Positions 60,686 through 64,000 of a stretch of 64,000 nt of DNA are shown one piece after another. The notes below the pieces were generated by a model. It was given only the letters and a program-made list of their open reading frames with translations. It had not been told where the DNA came from and ran no database searches. Each line of letters opens with the position of its first letter. The first letter of the stretch is position 1. Both the position numbers and the translations under genes were made by a program. The DNA comes from an uncultured Candidatus Rokubacteria bacterium (lineage in GTDB: Bacteria > Methylomirabilota > Methylomirabilia > Rokubacteriales > CSP1-6), in NCBI GenBank assembly GCA_963758635.1, contig CAVWWD010000008.1:352001-416000 (forward strand), read 5' to 3'.

Positions 60686-61380
60686 AACAGCAATTCCTCC
60701 AGGCCCTTGAGGGAATGCACGACGGGGTCGGCTGGACAGCAGGCCGCCCGGCGCTCGCCCGTCTCGGCGACCAACCAGACATGCGGCATGCCGAGTGCCC
60801 GCGCGCCGGCCATGTCACGGGGGAGCGAATCTCCCACGAACACCGCTTCGGCCGGACCGACGGCGAGAGCCTCGAGCGCCCGCCCGAAGATACGCGGGTC
60901 GGGCTTCTCCCAGCCAACGCGGGCGGAATCCATGATAGTCGAAAAAAGATCGTGGATTCCACAATCTTCACACACAGTTTCGAGGTTCCCGTAGAAGTTG
61001 GAGACGATGCCGAGCCGGTAGCGGCGGGCCAGCGCCTCGAGGAGCGGACGGTTCCGCCGGGCGACGGCGACGCTCTCGTCGACGAACGCGGTGGCGAGCC
61101 GGGCGATGAGGGCGCCGTCCTCGATGGCGAGCCCGCGGGTCAGCCCCTCCATGAGCCGGCGCGCGGTCTCCCGGAACGACACGGTGGGGCCCAGCGCGCC
61201 GACCAGGGCGTCGTCGGCGCGGTAGAAGGCGGGATCGAACCGCTCGGCGGGGATCGCGTGGCCCTCGGCGCGGAGGAGGAGCGCCACGCGCTCCTTCCAG
61301 GCGACGCCGTCGGCGTCGAGGGTGCCGCCCCAGTCCAGGAGGACGGCGCGGCAGCCGGGGAAGCGGGGGGCGCCCGTCAC
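60682..61380 (-). CDS. HAD-superfamily hydrolase
   Basis: DWGGTL, VSN, KPDPRIF and VGDS..RD..GA; GTG overlaps the MMPL stop. Confidence 0.88.
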   Translation of the reverse strand: MTGAPRFPGCRAVLLDWGGTLDADGVAWKERVALLLRAEGHAIPAERFDPAFYRADDALVGALGPTVSFRETARRLMEGLTRGLAIEDGALIARLATAFVDESVAVARRNRPLLEALARRYRLGIVSNFYGNLETVCEDCGIHDLFSTIMDSARVGWEKPDPRIFGRALEALAVGPAEAVFVGDSLPRDMAGARALGMPHVWLVAETGERRAACCPADPVVHSLKGLEELLL

Positions 61381-64000
61381 GCCGCCGACGAGGTGGACAC
61401 GGGGTCCGCCATCGCGGGCGCAGGGTGCCGCTTCATCATGCGCAGGGCCACGGGCAGGACGACGAGCGAGGCGATCAGCGCGCACGTCGTGCCGATGGTG
61501 AGGAGGAGCCCGAGGCCGAAGATCCCGCGGTGATGCGACATCATGAGGCTGCCGAAGCCGACGATGGTGGTGACCCCGTTCAGCCCCACCGCCATCACCG
61601 TGCTCCGCGCCACCAGCGGGCCGCCGTGCTCGCGGTGTTCCATCCAGCGCATCACCACGTTGAGGCCGAACTCGAGGGACGAGCCGATGATGAGGGGCAG
61701 GCCCCACACGTTGGCGAGCGTGAACTGCAGGTCGAAGAGCCGCATGAGCCCGAACGTCCACAGGAGCCCGACGGCCAGCGGCATCAGGGCGAGCAGGCTC
61801 TCCCAGACGCGCCGGAGCATCCAGAAGGTCAGGCCGGCGACCAGGATGAACGCGTAGAGCGTGCCCTGCACGTACGCCCGCTCCATGAGGCGGATCGCCT
61901 CGTACGTGATGACGGGCGAGCCCGTGACGTCGGGGTCGACCGACCGGAGCTCGCGCACGAACTGCTCGGCGCCCGCCCGCTCCCAGATGTTGACGCGGGG
62001 CTGGAGCTGGATGAGGAACTTGCCGTTCACGCCGATGAACTTCCGGCGCAGCTCCTCGGGGATGTCGGCGAGGCTCACGGGCCGGGGATTCAGGTTGCGC
62101 TGCAGGCCGTGGAACTTCTCCATGAAGTCGCGGTAGAGCTGCGCCTGGAGGTGGGTGAGGGCCGGCTCGGCCACCTCGCGATCGGACGTTCTCGAGACGC
62201 TTCACGAGAGCGGTGGTGGTGTCGCGCAGCTGCTGGATCTCCGCGGGCAGCGCCTTGGTCGCCTCGCTCGCCGCCAGGTCGAAGCGCCGCTTGAGGTCGC
62301 GCAGCGCCTGGGTGAGCCGGTCCAGGTCCACTGGGCTCGACCGGCTGATGCGGACGGGCGCGACGAGCGGCGCGAAGCTCTTCACGATCGCGATCTTCTC
62401 CTCCTGCGCGTCGGGGATCACCCGCAGCACCGAATCCACCTCCGACACCGAGGGGAGGCGCTCGAAGGCCGCCTGCTTCTGGCGGAGCTCCTCGAGCGTG
62501 TCCGCGGAGGCGAGGCCGTTGAAGCCCGAACGCCCGCTGTTGGCGAGGATGCGGCGCTCCCAGGTCACCGACTCCGTCCCCAGGACCTGGAGGTTGAGCA
62601 GGTTGTAGTCGAAGCTCACGTGGGGGAGCGCCAGCAAGGACGCCGCCGTCACCAGTCCGCTGGCGACGAGGATGGTGCGCGAGAACTGTGACAGGCGCTC
62701 GATCACCGGCACGTGCATGTGCTCGAGCTGGTGGGTGCGCGGGCGCTCCTCGCCGGTGCGGTCGGCGTGGCGGCGGTCGACGATCATGAGCACGGCGGGG
62801 AAGAGCGTCATCATCGCGAGCCACGCGAGGAGGATCGAGATGGCCGAGATGTAGCCCAGCTCCTGGATGCCGCGGAACTCCGTGGCGAGGAGGACGAAGA
62901 ACGTGCCGCCCGCGGTGAGGGCGCCCAGGAGCATCCCGGGGCCGGCACGGGCTCCGGTGAGCTCGAGGGCCTCGCCCAGGCTGCGGCCGAGGAAGATCTC
63001 CTCCTCGTAGCGGAACAGGAGGTAGATCCCGTAGTCGATCCCGATCCCCATGACGATCGAGATGAACATCACGGAGAAGATGCTGAGGTGCCCGACGGTG
63101 AGCGTGATCAGGCCGATGGACCAGCCGAGGCTCACGCCGAGCACGCCCAGCATGAGCAGTGGCTTGCCGACCCGTCCGAACGCCGCGAACATCACGCCGA
63201 GCGTGAGGACGGCGGCGAGGATGGTGGCGACCTGGCTGTCGCCGAAGGCCGCCGTCATCTCGTCGTTGGACAGGACGGGGGCCCCCGTCACCCCCGCCTG
63301 GACCTGCGGAAAGACCGCGCGGAGGCGCCCCACCGCCTCGCGCACCGCCTCGATGGAGCGCTGGTCGCCCATGAAGCTGCGCTTGTCGCCCTTGGGCGAC
63401 TCGACGAGGACGAACAGCAGGCTCTTGTCCTCGGACAGGAAGTATCCGGCATCGGCCTCGGGCGGCCCGTCCACCGAGAACATCGTGCCCCAGGGCGAGC
63501 GGTACGGCGTGGGCCGGTCGAGCCGCTGGGTGATCTGCTCGAGGAGGACGCTCAGGAAGCGAGTGTCGACGACCTGCCCGTCGGCCAGCCCCACGTCGAA
63601 CAGGTGGGCCACGAAGCTCTGGGCGAACTCCGCGTTGATGCTCTCCACGAGCTGGGCCAGGCTCGGGTCGGAGGCGAAGTTCTCCATGAACTCCTGGTGG
63701 TCGAAGATCTTGTCGCGGATCTCGCTGAGCTTCTCCTTCGACAGGTACAGGAGCTGGCGGCCCTCGAAGCGCTTGGGGTCGATGCGGTAGTGGACCCGGT
63801 CGAACTTCACCGGCCCGGAGCGCAGCTCGTGCACGAGACGGCTCGCGTACGCCTTGGCCGCCTCGAAGGTGCGCGCCTCGACCACGACCACGATGTCCTC
63901 GAGCTCGCCGAACTCGCGCGCGTACTCCACGTAGCGGCGCACGTACCCGGCGTCCTGGGGGAGGACGTCGCGTCCGGAGGTCTTGAAGCTGAGGGCGTGG
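61377..64000 (-). CDS. MMPL/RND transporter, HpnN-like (5' end outside the window; indel near 62180)
   Basis: GVTGAP, GIGIDYGI, FDYNLLNLQ, VTGSPV and GFGSLM.S.HRGI. Confidence 0.88.

Noticed and set aside
60540..61010. Locally AT-richer codons as a foreign insertion
   Set aside because: Protein motifs continue uninterrupted, with no boundaries or repeat match.
2112..62200. Many frameshifted genes as pseudogenes or programmed frameshifts
   Set aside because: Single-base indels are scattered through housekeeping genes (zwf, mmsB, garR, ACP) without other decay, which is typical of unpolished long-read sequence; needs read-level confirmation.
60682..63942. MMPL-HAD fusion (1086 aa ORF)
   Set aside because: An indel near 62180 shifts the MMPL; its real C-terminus ends at 61377, overlapping the HAD start.

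Overview
High-GC bacterial chromosomal window; the gene repertoire is compatible with a soil lineage such as Ca. Rokubacteria/Methylomirabilota, which is inference only. Many genes carry isolated 1-bp indels that look like long-read errors, so several long ORFs in the supplied track are artefactual fusions or fragments. Contents in order: PrsW + PP2C; an SDR; a type II FAS/PKS-like lipid cluster (acyltransferase, two KS plus two Cys-less KS-like partners, ACP, GT2, flavin halogenase-like enzyme, ABC exporter, ArnT-like GT, hpnJ); serA; gluconate/pentose-phosphate genes; a VapBC pair with an internally deleted toxin; a three-gene operon with a UGSC selenoprotein (in-frame TGA plus a clear SECIS-like hairpin); a membrane class III cyclase; a DUF748 protein; a tungsten-type AOR operon; copC and two copD-like paralogs; malate synthase; and an HpnN/MMPL-led operon that looks like lipid head-group synthesis. 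The most unusual signal is non-genic: three dispersed repeat families. The main one has 7 loci, a GCC-GNA-GGC mini-hairpin head and a core with a TGGAAA-N5-TGGAA direct repeat. It forms a 53-bp tandem array and is repeatedly read in frame inside or at the ends of genes. No CRISPR-Cas, tRNA, rRNA or transposase was seen.
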